Below, piece by piece: positions 35,843 to 45,337 of a stretch of 64,000 bases of DNA. Made by a program: the position numbers and the translations under genes. Origin of the DNA: an uncultured Candidatus Saccharibacteria bacterium (GTDB lineage: Bacteria; Patescibacteriota; Minisyncoccia; Phycocordibacterales; UBA918); the NCBI GenBank assembly GCA_964552045.1, contig CAZKFF010000005.1, forward strand, positions 34,302 through 98,301, read 5' to 3'. Position 1 is the stretch's first letter. Each line of letters starts with the position of its first letter. The notes below the pieces were generated by a model. It made no database searches. It worked only from the letters and a program-made list of their open reading frames with translations, and was not told the DNA's origin.

Positions 35843-36912
35843 CACGCAATGATACCACCTCCGATACATCTCGTTCCATCGTATAGTACACACGATTGTC
35901 CCGCGCTCACTGCTTCGCCTTCTTCAATGAAGCGCAGCTGCAGCTTTCCTTCACCAGCCGGCAGCACCTCACAGATGCTCGGCTTTTGCCGGTAGCGGGT
36001 CTGGACAGAAACACGGTCTCCCTGTTTTGGAGTCCAGGCGATGAGATTGACGGCGTTGAGCGTAAGTATGCTTGCCGTGGACTGGACAGGTTTTTGTGCA
36101 CTTACGGTGACAGTGTTCGTTTCCATGTTACGTGATACGACATACATGGGTACACGCTTCGGATCATCGTTGGTAAGTGTAAAACCGTGCCGCTGTCCTA
36201 TGGTGTATACCAATGCGCCGTCATGCGTCCCAATGACATCACCTGCTTCGCTGAGAACCTTTCCTTTCTGTAGTTGCGTGTAGTGTGACAGGAACTGGGG
36301 TATGTCAACTTCTCCGAGAAAGCAGATTCCCTGGCTGTCTTTCTTCGCTGCGGTAATGAGACCAGCATCTTTTGCTTCAGCGCGTATATCCTCTTTGGCA
36401 GTGTTCCCGACCGGCAGAAGCACCTGTGCAAGCTGCTCTTGAGTAAGCGTCCACAGGAAGTATGACTGGTCTTTGTTCGCATCAGTTCCGCGTATCAAGG
36501 AATAAATGCCGTTTTCATTGATCACCTGCGCGTAATGGCCGGTTGCGATAAAGTCTGCGTTATGTTCGCGTGCAAACTGTAGGAAAGCGCCGAACTTCAC
36601 GTACTTATTGCACATGACATCAGGATTGGGTGTATACCCTGCCTGGTATTGCGATATGAAGTAATCAGCAACATCATCCTTGTATGCCTGTTCCGCGTCG
36701 CAGGTGAGGAATGGAATATCGAGCTTTGCCGCCACACGCATCGCATCGAGCCGTTCCTGTTCCCAGTTGCACTGCAGAAAATCCGGGTGCCATACCTTAA
36801 TGAACACGCCGACAACGTTGTAACCCTCCTTCTTCAGGCGCAGTGCGGCAACGGACGAGTCCACTCCTCCAGACAATCCGACGAATACTGTTTTTGCTGT
36901 GATGTGGGTCAT
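35842..36912 (-). CDS. mnmA: tRNA-specific 2-thiouridylase
   Basis: PP-loop VFVGLSGGVDSS and the C-terminal MnmA domains. Start taken at MTHITAK. Confidence 0.85.
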   Translation of the reverse strand: MTHITAKTVFVGLSGGVDSSVAALRLKKEGYNVVGVFIKVWHPDFLQCNWEQERLDAMRVAAKLDIPFLTCDAEQAYKDDVADYFISQYQAGYTPNPDVMCNKYVKFGAFLQFAREHNADFIATGHYAQVINENGIYSLIRGTDANKDQSYFLWTLTQEQLAQVLLPVGNTAKEDIRAEAKDAGLITAAKKDSQGICFLGEVDIPQFLSHYTQLQKGKVLSEAGDVIGTHDGALVYTIGQRHGFTLTNDDPKRVPMYVVSRNMETNTVTVSAQKPVQSTASILTLNAVNLIAWTPKQGDRVSVQTRYRQKPSICEVLPAGEGKLQLRFIEEGEAVSAGQSCVLYDGTRCIGGGIIA

Positions 36913-36952
36913 ACGCGCTACGCTAGCATAGCGTCCGTCAGGCTGCAAAGTC

Positions 36953-37945
36953 TTATTTCAAATGAGTGGCGATATTGCGTTTATGCTGTTCGAACGTCTG
37001 TGCGTAATAGAATTCGCCGTCGTCCCCGGTGATGTAGTACATATTGTCCGAGGGTGTCGGATGGAGAACAGCATCTATCGACAGCGCACCAGGATTGCCG
37101 ATCGGAGTAGGCGTGAGTCCAGCATACAGATACGTATTGTACGGCGTATCAAGCTCCAGATCCTCCGCACTGAGCTCGCTTATCGGTTTATCAAGCACAT
37201 ATCCCACCGTCGCATCGGTTTGGAGCGCCATGCCGAGCGAAAGCCTGTTCTGCAGTATGCCCGAGACCATGCGCATAGACTTCTCGTCATTCGCTTCGCG
37301 TTCGATGATTGAGGCGAGCGTGATCACTTCGTATTCAGTAAAAGGTGACTGGTCGATCTCGTCTGCATATGCTGCCATCTCCGAGGCAAATGTCTCGGCA
37401 AGGAGCGCAACAAGGTCTGCTGCAGCGAATTCCTCAGGAACGAAATAGGTTTCAGGGAAGAGATAGCCTTCATTATTTTTGGTGAGCTCCAGGAACCTGT
37501 CCGTGTCAAAGCCTGAAAGTTTCTCTGCGGCTATGCGTGCAATGTCCTTTCGGGTCACTCCCTCCGGGATCGTCAGGGCGATGTGCGTGTCGTCCACCTC
37601 GCTTAATGCGAGCTTGTGTGCTACTTCAAACACACTATGCGGCTTTTCGAATCGGTATGTCCCGGCATATATTTTTGTTGGATCATAGGAATAGGTCAGT
37701 ATGGCATACAGCAAAAGAGGTGAACGGACGATACCGGCATTCTTTGCTTCCTGTGCGATCTGCTGCACATGCATGCCCCGCTTTATCTGCAGTGTGGCAC
37801 CGCCTTCAGGCAGAGAGGGTGATGTACTCTGGTACAGCAGGAAAACTGCTCCTGCACAGGCCAACGCAGCGCACAGTGTAATGAGCATGATGAGCAGTTT
37901 CCGTGCCTGGGATACCCCTTTGTATGTATGTTCGCGTTCTCTCAT
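36953..37945 (-). CDS. mltG: Endolytic murein transglycosylase MltG (YceG-like)
   Basis: N-terminal TM followed by the YceG domain (LASIIEREAN...LQTDATVGYVL). Confidence 0.8.
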   Translation of the reverse strand: MREREHTYKGVSQARKLLIMLITLCAALACAGAVFLLYQSTSPSLPEGGATLQIKRGMHVQQIAQEAKNAGIVRSPLLLYAILTYSYDPTKIYAGTYRFEKPHSVFEVAHKLALSEVDDTHIALTIPEGVTRKDIARIAAEKLSGFDTDRFLELTKNNEGYLFPETYFVPEEFAAADLVALLAETFASEMAAYADEIDQSPFTEYEVITLASIIEREANDEKSMRMVSGILQNRLSLGMALQTDATVGYVLDKPISELSAEDLELDTPYNTYLYAGLTPTPIGNPGALSIDAVLHPTPSDNMYYITGDDGEFYYAQTFEQHKRNIATHLK

Positions 37946-37950
37946 GGTGG

Positions 37951-39300
37951 TCAGATCGGCAGTGTTCCGGTAGGCAAATTGCTCGGCGCTTCCCCTCGTG
38001 TTGATGGAACACGGTTGAGCGTCGGCGTCATGGCAACGCGTCCCGGCAAATGGAAGAGAGTCGCCATTTCCTCTGCAGACAGCACTTTGAAGCTCATCGC
38101 ACCGCTTTTCGGATTAAGCTTGCGGAGTTTGTATTCCTTCAGCTCCTCCTCCTTCAGCGCGGGTATGCGTTTACCAAACGGGTCAGAGAACAGCTTGTAA
38201 TTGAAGTCTGTCCGCCACCGAACGCCGAGTCCGTTCTGTCCTTTGACCTCGGTCTGTGAAAATGAACGTATCATACGGCTGAAGAGTCCGCCATCGTAGT
38301 CGAACGGCTTATGCGAGATATAGACCACGCGACAGGCAAACTCGAACGCGTACTTCGAGGCATTGCGTTCCATGGACTCAACCATCGCTCGCTCGCCTGA
38401 GGTCAGACGCGGCATATTTTCGATCTCAATGCCTCCCATTTTCTTCTCATCGCGTCCCATGATCTTGTTGACCTTCTCCATGACACGACTTTCCCAGGTG
38501 CCTTCGGCGTGCAGCTGACCGTTCTTGAAGTTCTTATCACGATGCGCAACACAGAGAAACTGTATCCAAAGCTGCTGATTCGGTCTGATACCGGCAAGCA
38601 TCTCAAGCATCGGGGTCATCGGGTCGTTCTTCTCCTCCTCCTTCGGCATCTTGTCGAGACCGAAGTCAATGTATGTCTTGATCGGATATTCCTCGTCTTT
38701 CTTCTTGTTGAAATGGAAACTCATGAATGAAATGCCTTCAAGATTGTTTGGGATCTCTGCCGTGTAATCCATGTTTAGTTTCGTCACCTCAACGCCGGGA
38801 TATTGTGCATACATGTTGTCGGTAAATCCCTCGACGTTCTTTATTGGAACAGTTGTATAGAAATGCACGTCTCCTCCCCGTGAGACCAGTTCAAAGGTGT
38901 ACGGTAGCGGCCGTTTGCCGTCGAGATAGGTCTCCATGAGATTGTCAGGGGTTGCTGCATTGTATATTTGCGTAAAGACGAACTCCATTGCTTCTGGAGA
39001 TTTGAACACCTCCTGCGGCAGCTTTATCTCCATAATGACGCGCCCGCTCTTAATGCTGAACTTTTTACCAACCATCTCCATGTATTTCTCAAAGAAGATA
39101 TGGAACGTGACATACGGCAACCACAAAGGAGACAGCGCAAACACGAATGTGATCATGAGCGACTGTGGTACATGCACGAACTCCAAAAGGAACACGATGA
39201 CCACAAAGCCGACTATGACGACTATCAGGCCATAATCGATGTCCTCACTGTTGAGCCATCTGATAGCACCGCCGATGATGGGAATATCCTCTATTTCCAT
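37951..39300 (-). CDS. Hypothetical membrane protein with large cytoplasmic domain
   Basis: Two N-terminal TM helices, then about 380 aa of soluble domain. No P-loop or other recognised motif. Confidence 0.45.
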   Translation of the reverse strand: MEIEDIPIIGGAIRWLNSEDIDYGLIVVIVGFVVIVFLLEFVHVPQSLMITFVFALSPLWLPYVTFHIFFEKYMEMVGKKFSIKSGRVIMEIKLPQEVFKSPEAMEFVFTQIYNAATPDNLMETYLDGKRPLPYTFELVSRGGDVHFYTTVPIKNVEGFTDNMYAQYPGVEVTKLNMDYTAEIPNNLEGISFMSFHFNKKKDEEYPIKTYIDFGLDKMPKEEEKNDPMTPMLEMLAGIRPNQQLWIQFLCVAHRDKNFKNGQLHAEGTWESRVMEKVNKIMGRDEKKMGGIEIENMPRLTSGERAMVESMERNASKYAFEFACRVVYISHKPFDYDGGLFSRMIRSFSQTEVKGQNGLGVRWRTDFNYKLFSDPFGKRIPALKEEELKEYKLRKLNPKSGAMSFKVLSAEEMATLFHLPGRVAMTPTLNRVPSTRGEAPSNLPTGTLPI

Positions 39301-39373
39301 TGCGCATATTGTACTACACAAACGGCACATTCTTGCTTTAAAGAATGTGCCGTTTGTGTACTGTATCTATTAC

Positions 39374-40399
39374 TTAGTCGGCAAGCGTATACATGCCGTT
39401 TGAAAGCCGTTTAAAGAGCATAGTGTCCTGGAGGTTCACGACGATCGTGTTGTCCTTGACGTAGCGCTCCTTGCGGACCTTGTCTATGATCTCCTCTCGG
39501 GTGAGCGGGCCGTGCTCTTCGAGAATGTCGCGGAGAACATCCTTCACCACTCCCGCTGAGTAACCCCACTCAGTGAGCGCATACAGACCCCGTCCGACCA
39601 AAACGAAGCGCTCGTCCTTGATAAGCTCATTGTGGCAGGTTGCCGTGTGCGCCTTCTTGTCGAACAGGCGTTCTATGGCCTCAGCAACTTCGCGGAAGTG
39701 CATAGGCGAACCGTGCCGTTTGACCACAAGATACGCGTAGTCGCGGATGCCCTTGACGCGGACGTTCGGGCTTGATGCGTGCCCCCACTCTCCGAGCGGA
39801 TTGGCGCTGATGTCTTTGGAGATCGCAAGCCAGCGCTTGAGCGTTTGTTCGTCATGCTGATCTGCGATATCGATGAGTTCTTCCTTGAAACGTCGGATCA
39901 TCTCCTCTTCACTGATGAGATCGTCGCGGTTGATACTGTTGTAGAGCTTCACGAGTGCCTTTTCGACGGTGTCAGCGGTCTTCTTTTCTGTGAACCAGCG
40001 GTGCGCATAGGCACTGTTCTCTTTGCTTCGATAGAATGGTACACCGGCAACAAGCAGGAAGTAGATATGATTGCGCAGCACTTCGTCCTTGGTAATCTCG
40101 TCAAGAAGCACATGCTCAGCGATCAAACCGCCGCCGAGTTGGTCAATGATATTCTGCAGCTCAGCAAATACAGGTTCGAATTCCTTGTATGCCTCGGATT
40201 TCTGAATGGATGTGATGCCGTAGTTCTCTATCTGGCGTACGCGTTCACGCGTAATACCGTACGCCTGTCCGATCGACTCAAGCGTGCTTGTTGTGCCATC
40301 TGTTCCGAGTCCGTATCGTTTTTCCAGAACATCCCTGGCCCGCTCAGGCAGTGCTGAAAGCAGTTTTTTGGTTACTTGTTTTGGTTTGAATGAAATCAT
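39374..40399 (-). CDS. Sigma-70 region 4 HTH domain protein with uncharacterised C-terminal domain
   Basis: LPERARDVLEKRYGLG...TLESIGQAYGITRERVRQIENYGI is a sigma70_r4 HTH. No regions 2 or 3 are present. 341 aa. Confidence 0.55.
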   Translation of the reverse strand: MISFKPKQVTKKLLSALPERARDVLEKRYGLGTDGTTSTLESIGQAYGITRERVRQIENYGITSIQKSEAYKEFEPVFAELQNIIDQLGGGLIAEHVLLDEITKDEVLRNHIYFLLVAGVPFYRSKENSAYAHRWFTEKKTADTVEKALVKLYNSINRDDLISEEEMIRRFKEELIDIADQHDEQTLKRWLAISKDISANPLGEWGHASSPNVRVKGIRDYAYLVVKRHGSPMHFREVAEAIERLFDKKAHTATCHNELIKDERFVLVGRGLYALTEWGYSAGVVKDVLRDILEEHGPLTREEIIDKVRKERYVKDNTIVVNLQDTMLFKRLSNGMYTLAD

Positions 40400-40507
40400 A
40401 TATGCTTCATAACATTAAATGACGCGTCTCTCCTCTGTTGTGCAATCCCTCCGTGATTGCTATGTTTTATCACGCTACTTGACATCAGTCAATAGTCTGG
40501 TGAAAAC

Positions 40508-42889
40508 CTAACCCGTGATGATGAGGTTGATTATCTTTCCAGGCACGTAGATGACCTTGGCAACTGGACCAGTCAGGTGGCGTGTAAAGTCACCGCTTTC
40601 CTGTACAGCCTTCACCACCTGTGTCTCTTCGCTGTCTTTTGGAACAGTTATACTTCCGCGCATTTTCCCGTTTATCTGCACCGCAAGCGTCACCTCAGTG
40701 TCAATAAGCAGTGCCTCATTTGCTTCCGGATACTGCTGCAGATGAATGGACTCAGTATGTCCGAGTGCTTCCCAGAGCTCTTCAGTAAGGTGCGGTGCAA
40801 ATGGTGCCAGCAGTCGCAAAAAGGTCTCATAGGTTGCTTGCGTGACACCATCCTTCTCTGCCTGATTGATGAAGATCATCATCGCGCTGATCGATGTATT
40901 GAATTTGAACTGCGGAATGTCGTCAGCGAGCTTTGCGATGGTCTTATGCAGCTGCTTGGTCATTTCTGCAGGTTCAGACTCCTTGATGTGTTCAGGCAGT
41001 CCATAGACCCGTTCGAGAAACCGCCGGATGCCGGCAATGCCGCCCATATCCCATGGGTAGTTTGCGGTTTCAGCATACGGCCCCATGAATGCGAGATACA
41101 TCTTTACTGAATCCGCGCCGACGGTCTTTACATGGTCATCCGGGTCAATGACATTCCCTTTTGACTTACTCATCTTGTTGCCGTCCGGACCGAGTACCAG
41201 TCCGCGATTGATGCGCCGCTTATATGGCTCGTGCTCAGTCACGTACCCCAGATCAAAGAGAGCTTTCTGCCAGAAGCGTGAATATAAAAGGTGCATGGTC
41301 GTGTGTTCCGCGCCACCAAAATAGATATCAATCGGCATCCACGCCTTCTGCGCCTGCAGTGAGGCGAATGCTTCTGTATTTTCGTTGTCGATATATCGCA
41401 AAAAGTACCAAGAAGAATCCACGAATGTGTCGAGCGTCTCAACCTCAGGCGTCCAGCCTGTTCCGAAGATCTCCTCGGTGCGCTTTTTCAACGCCTCGCT
41501 TTTCTGAAGCGGCGGTACGCCAGTCGGCCGGAAATCGACGTCCTCGGGAAGCGTCCATGGCAGATGCTCAAGCGGGATCGGGTGCGCTACTCCTTCGGGG
41601 TCGTAGACGATCGGTATCGGTACACCCCAGTAGCGCTGACGGCCGATCGACCAATCGCGCAGACGGTACGTGTTGGTCATTGTGCCCCCGACCTTTTTTG
41701 TTATCTCCCCTTTTGCTTCTTCGGAGTCTATACCGTCGAATTCGCCTGAGTTGGTGAGTGCACCTGCTTCAGCGAACGGAAGGGTCTTCTCACCTTGTAC
41801 AACCTGTGTTACAAGAAGCCCAAATTTCTGCGCGAAATCAAAATCGCGCTCATCGTGTGCCGGCACGGCCATGATCGCTCCTGTGCCGTAGCTGCCGAGC
41901 ACATAGTCGGCCACATACACAGGGATCGACTCACCGTTTGCCGGGTTTGCTGCGGTGATGCCTTCGAGCTTTACGCCCGTCTTTTCCTTGGTCGTATCAA
42001 GGCGATCCTGTTCGTCTTTCTGTTTTGCAGTCTGTACGTATGCAGATGCATCGGCATAATTTGTGATGTTGCCCTTGTTTTGTTCAATAAGTGGGTGCTC
42101 AGGGGCGAGTACAAGATAGGTCGCTCCGAACAGTGTATCAGGACGCGTGGTGAACACCTTCACACTGTCACCCGTTGAGAGTGCGAAAGTTATCTCAGCA
42201 CCCTGCGAGCGTCCTATCCAGCGGCGCTGTGCTTCCTTGATCGGCTCAGGCCAATTCAAATCATCGAGATCATCTACCAGGCGATCAGCGTAGTCAGTGA
42301 TACGGAGCATCCACTGCGGCATCTCGCGTTTTTCAATCACGTCTCCCGAGCGTTCGCACGTGCCATCGCTTAATACCTGCTCGTTGGCGATTGCAGTGTT
42401 GCATCCTGGACACCAGTTCACGATCCCCTTTCCGCGGTACGCTATACCATTTTTGAAGAATTCAGTGAACATCCACTGCGTCCACTTATAGTACGCAGGA
42501 TCGATAGTTGATGCGCTCTTGTCCCATGAAAAGGAAGCGCCCATGCTCTCAAGCTGATCTCGCATATGGGCTATATTGCCTTCGGTCCATTCTCGCGGGT
42601 TGATGTCGCGCTTGATCGCTGCATTCTCAGCAGGAAGTCCAAATGCATCGAAGCCCATCGGATAGATCACCTGGCTGCCATGCATGCGTCTGTAACGCAC
42701 ATAGATATCCGGAACGGCAAATGCGTGCCAGTGCCCGATGTGGAGGTTGCCCGACGGGTACGGGAGTTCAACAAGCACATATTCCTTTTCTTTTGAGGTA
42801 TTCCGCGCCCCGGCATTATAGACGCCGCTTTCTTTCCACTTCTCCTGCCATTTCTTCTCAATAGCGATGTTGTCGAATTTCTTATGCAT
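40508..42889 (-). CDS. leuS: Leucyl-tRNA synthetase (bacterial type)
   Basis: HIGH motif (PYPSGNLHIGH), KMSKS and a CP1 editing insertion. 793 aa. Confidence 0.92.
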   Translation of the reverse strand: MHKKFDNIAIEKKWQEKWKESGVYNAGARNTSKEKEYVLVELPYPSGNLHIGHWHAFAVPDIYVRYRRMHGSQVIYPMGFDAFGLPAENAAIKRDINPREWTEGNIAHMRDQLESMGASFSWDKSASTIDPAYYKWTQWMFTEFFKNGIAYRGKGIVNWCPGCNTAIANEQVLSDGTCERSGDVIEKREMPQWMLRITDYADRLVDDLDDLNWPEPIKEAQRRWIGRSQGAEITFALSTGDSVKVFTTRPDTLFGATYLVLAPEHPLIEQNKGNITNYADASAYVQTAKQKDEQDRLDTTKEKTGVKLEGITAANPANGESIPVYVADYVLGSYGTGAIMAVPAHDERDFDFAQKFGLLVTQVVQGEKTLPFAEAGALTNSGEFDGIDSEEAKGEITKKVGGTMTNTYRLRDWSIGRQRYWGVPIPIVYDPEGVAHPIPLEHLPWTLPEDVDFRPTGVPPLQKSEALKKRTEEIFGTGWTPEVETLDTFVDSSWYFLRYIDNENTEAFASLQAQKAWMPIDIYFGGAEHTTMHLLYSRFWQKALFDLGYVTEHEPYKRRINRGLVLGPDGNKMSKSKGNVIDPDDHVKTVGADSVKMYLAFMGPYAETANYPWDMGGIAGIRRFLERVYGLPEHIKESEPAEMTKQLHKTIAKLADDIPQFKFNTSISAMMIFINQAEKDGVTQATYETFLRLLAPFAPHLTEELWEALGHTESIHLQQYPEANEALLIDTEVTLAVQINGKMRGSITVPKDSEETQVVKAVQESGDFTRHLTGPVAKVIYVPGKIINLIITG

Positions 42890-42947
42890 GCAACTATCCC
42901 CAAACTTAGTAAGAAGTTTATTATGCTGTATTTTTTCTGTATGTAAA

Positions 42948-42972
42948 GGAAAAGGCCCTCGGAAGGGCCTTT
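42948..42972 (-). terminator. Intrinsic terminator
   Basis: AAAGGCCCTTCCGAGGGCCTTTTCCTTT on the minus strand, downstream of the 42994 stop. Confidence 0.5.
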
Positions 42973-42993
42973 GGTGTTTGGCGTGACTGCGCG

Positions 42994-43428
42994 TTACGCT
43001 GCCTTCGGCAGCTGTCCCTGCTTGTTGCCGTCATTGACGACAACAAGTGCTGCATATGAAGGTGGGCGATGAGCGCCCTGAACTTTCTGCAGTTCGCACA
43101 GGAGGAGATTATTGAGCGCCATATCGTGCGGGTAGCCGTTCCTGACGGCTTTCCCGGCATGACCGATGGCCAGCTCAAGTACTTCCTCTTCAGTTGCACC
43201 GAGCTCGGGATACGTATAGTAGCCGTTGCGCGTTGCTTCGCGTATGTAGTCGGCGTAGACACGGAAGCTCGAGCACTCTGCTTTGCGCAGATAGTTAAGC
43301 CATCTGTGGCCCAGAGCGAGTTTCTCCGGGTCAGTCGTCATCTTCATATACCGCTCCTTGGAAGAACAAAACAGCCGTCCCCACGGGGAAACGGCTGTTG
43401 ATTTAAACATATACAGAAAGATTGTCAA
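42994..43428 (-). CDS. Hypothetical protein
   Basis: ORF of 144 aa. The likelier start is MKMTTDPEK at 43347, giving 117 aa. No recognisable domain. Confidence 0.35.
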   Translation of the reverse strand: MTIFLYMFKSTAVSPWGRLFCSSKERYMKMTTDPEKLALGHRWLNYLRKAECSSFRVYADYIREATRNGYYTYPELGATEEEVLELAIGHAGKAVRNGYPHDMALNNLLLCELQKVQGAHRPPSYAALVVVNDGNKQGQLPKAA

Positions 43429-44346
43429 CTAGAGCGCGCCCTTTGCGGGTTGCTGCACAGTCCGTTCGAAGCAGGTTCGTCCGGTACCGTGGTCCCAGTT
43501 GTTGTACGGATTTTTGGCGACGCTCTCATTGAACACGACCTCGCGTTGCCCCATGCGACCGTTCGCTGACTCATACATGAACGAGGCACAGAGCTCGTAT
43601 GTGTCCTCGTCGGCGATCGTATAGCTGTACGCTTCGCGTCCTTCAGGAGCAACCGGCATACTCGTGCCGACGTAGAGCTCCGCAATGGTTGTTGGAAGGC
43701 TTCCATTGAGCTGGTAGTGATCCTCAATGCGCCACTGCATATCGTTTAAGTCATTGACCTGCTGTTCATCAAGGCGCATATCACGCACTTGTGCCGGAGT
43801 GTCACTGTTGAGGAATCCGAACACGAGTACAACAACGACAATGACAGCTGAACCGACTGCGAACAACTGTGAGTGTTTTTCATGTGTGTTCCAGTAACCG
43901 CGGGCATCCTGGATGTAGTAATAAAAGGCTGCGCCGATGACGACAAGAAGCGTGAGCGCCTTAAAGATGAACCGGAGCGTTATCTCGCCGTTGAGGTAGG
44001 TCAGTATCACCGCAACGAGGTCTCCGAGCAGTATGCCGCCGCCGACGAGGAGCGAAAGGTACACGAGCCATTTGGTGAGCGTCAGATAGGTGCCCGTCTC
44101 CCTCCTCCGTATCTGATTGACGGTTCGCGTGAGTACGACATAGGTCGGGAAGAACACCAGAAGCATGGCAATGCCGAAGCGAATACCCTGCTGTGCGCTG
44201 TTGTACGCCCAGTGGCCCTCTACAGGGTCAGGGTATGTGATATTGATAATGCCAAAAATAACGGCGATAAGCGCTGATAACGAAACGTAGAGTGCGATGA
44301 GCGAACCCAACTGCAGTGCGAAATTGCGCGCGGTATTTGATTCCAT
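43429..44346 (-). CDS. Hypothetical polytopic membrane protein
   Basis: 305 aa with 5-6 TM helices in the N-terminal two thirds and a soluble C-terminal domain. Confidence 0.45.
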   Translation of the reverse strand: MESNTARNFALQLGSLIALYVSLSALIAVIFGIINITYPDPVEGHWAYNSAQQGIRFGIAMLLVFFPTYVVLTRTVNQIRRRETGTYLTLTKWLVYLSLLVGGGILLGDLVAVILTYLNGEITLRFIFKALTLLVVIGAAFYYYIQDARGYWNTHEKHSQLFAVGSAVIVVVVLVFGFLNSDTPAQVRDMRLDEQQVNDLNDMQWRIEDHYQLNGSLPTTIAELYVGTSMPVAPEGREAYSYTIADEDTYELCASFMYESANGRMGQREVVFNESVAKNPYNNWDHGTGRTCFERTVQQPAKGAL

Positions 44347-44378
44347 ATGTAATCAGTATGTGCTCTGCTGTAAAAAAG

Positions 44379-44412
44379 TAAAGCCCGGCGCAAGTGTATT
44401 GCGCCGGGCTTT
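44379..44412 (-). terminator. Intrinsic terminator
   Basis: AAAGCCCGGCGC-aagtgtatt-GCGCCGGGCTTT, followed on the minus strand by ACTTTTTTAC. Confidence 0.5.
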
Positions 44413-44462
44413 ACAGGCAAATGATCAATGCATATCGAAGCTAAAGAGCTCTCAATGTAAAG

Positions 44463-44675
44463 CTAGGAGCACATGAAATCGTGCAGACACTGCTCCTTCG
44501 ATTCACCGTTCTGTATCTGTGAGCACAATGCGCATTGAGGAGATGAGCTTGCGTTGTATTGCTGTGTGTGTTTCGCATACGGTACGGGCGCCTCAGCTTC
44601 ATGCCCCTTTGCTACAAACACGGCAACAGGTATCAGAGCAAGTATCAAAATGCCTATGATAGCTATTTTCGACAT
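44463..44675 (-). CDS. Small secreted/membrane Cys-rich protein (about 70 aa)
   Basis: Signal/TM segment IAIIGILILALIPVAVFVA, then four Cys (CALC...C....C). A terminator lies immediately downstream. Confidence 0.35.
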   Translation of the reverse strand: MSKIAIIGILILALIPVAVFVAKGHEAEAPVPYAKHTQQYNASSSPQCALCSQIQNGESKEQCLHDFMCS

Positions 44676-44704
44676 AACGGTATTATGTAGTATTCTATAC
44701 ACAT

Positions 44705-44974
44705 ATGAAACCCGAGGATCTGAAAAATGCACCCAAACTCTTCTGTGAGAATATCCGCATTGGCCGGTCTCCTGAATTTTTTGCCATCGGCCTTAGTTCC
44801 GGAAGCGAAGCCAGTTTCTTCTCGCTTACGCCGCAGCATGCAAAGCGCTTTTTGCAATATCTTTCCTATGAGATCACTGAATTTGAGAAGGAACAGGGTG
44901 AGATAGATGCTCCGTGGGTGCCGCACGTCATCAGTCCGGTACAGCGGGCCAATCCGCCGACTGACGCGAGCTGA
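44705..44974 (+). CDS. DUF3467 family protein
   Basis: NIRIGRSPEFFAIGL...SLTPQHAKRFLQYLSYEITEFEKEQGEI matches the DUF3467 pattern (sPsEF..DF...l.PehAKRLl.aL.eni..yE..fG). Confidence 0.5.
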   Translation: MKPEDLKNAPKLFCENIRIGRSPEFFAIGLSSGSEASFFSLTPQHAKRFLQYLSYEITEFEKEQGEIDAPWVPHVISPVQRANPPTDAS

Positions 44975-45334
44975 CTACTGTGAGAGATCTTTCGCTACAA
45001 TAAGATGCAGATGAAAATGCTGCGGAATTGATTTCATGCCCGGAAGCGCCTCAATGACATACATATAGTTCGCATTGAGCTGATTATGCTTAACTACCAT
45101 CAGCTCCGTTATCTCAGCTTCTGTCAGTTCAGTTTCCTGTACATGCCGCTTAGGGATGAGCATATGATGTACTTCGCTTATCCTGTCGTATGGAAATTCA
45201 TTGGGAATGATCCGCCAATGGATGAATTCCTGCAATGACGCTTCTGCGCAGAGCACGCAACCATTGTCCAGGTGGCCGTTTTTGCGGTGCTCATCATATG
45301 AATCCTGGTTTTCCTTGGATCGGAATGTGCCCAT
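44975..45334 (-). CDS. HIT (histidine triad) family protein
   Basis: HFHLHLI is the HxHxHxx triad. 119 aa. Confidence 0.7.
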   Translation of the reverse strand: MGTFRSKENQDSYDEHRKNGHLDNGCVLCAEASLQEFIHWRIIPNEFPYDRISEVHHMLIPKRHVQETELTEAEITELMVVKHNQLNANYMYVIEALPGMKSIPQHFHLHLIVAKDLSQ

Positions 45335-45337
45335 ATG

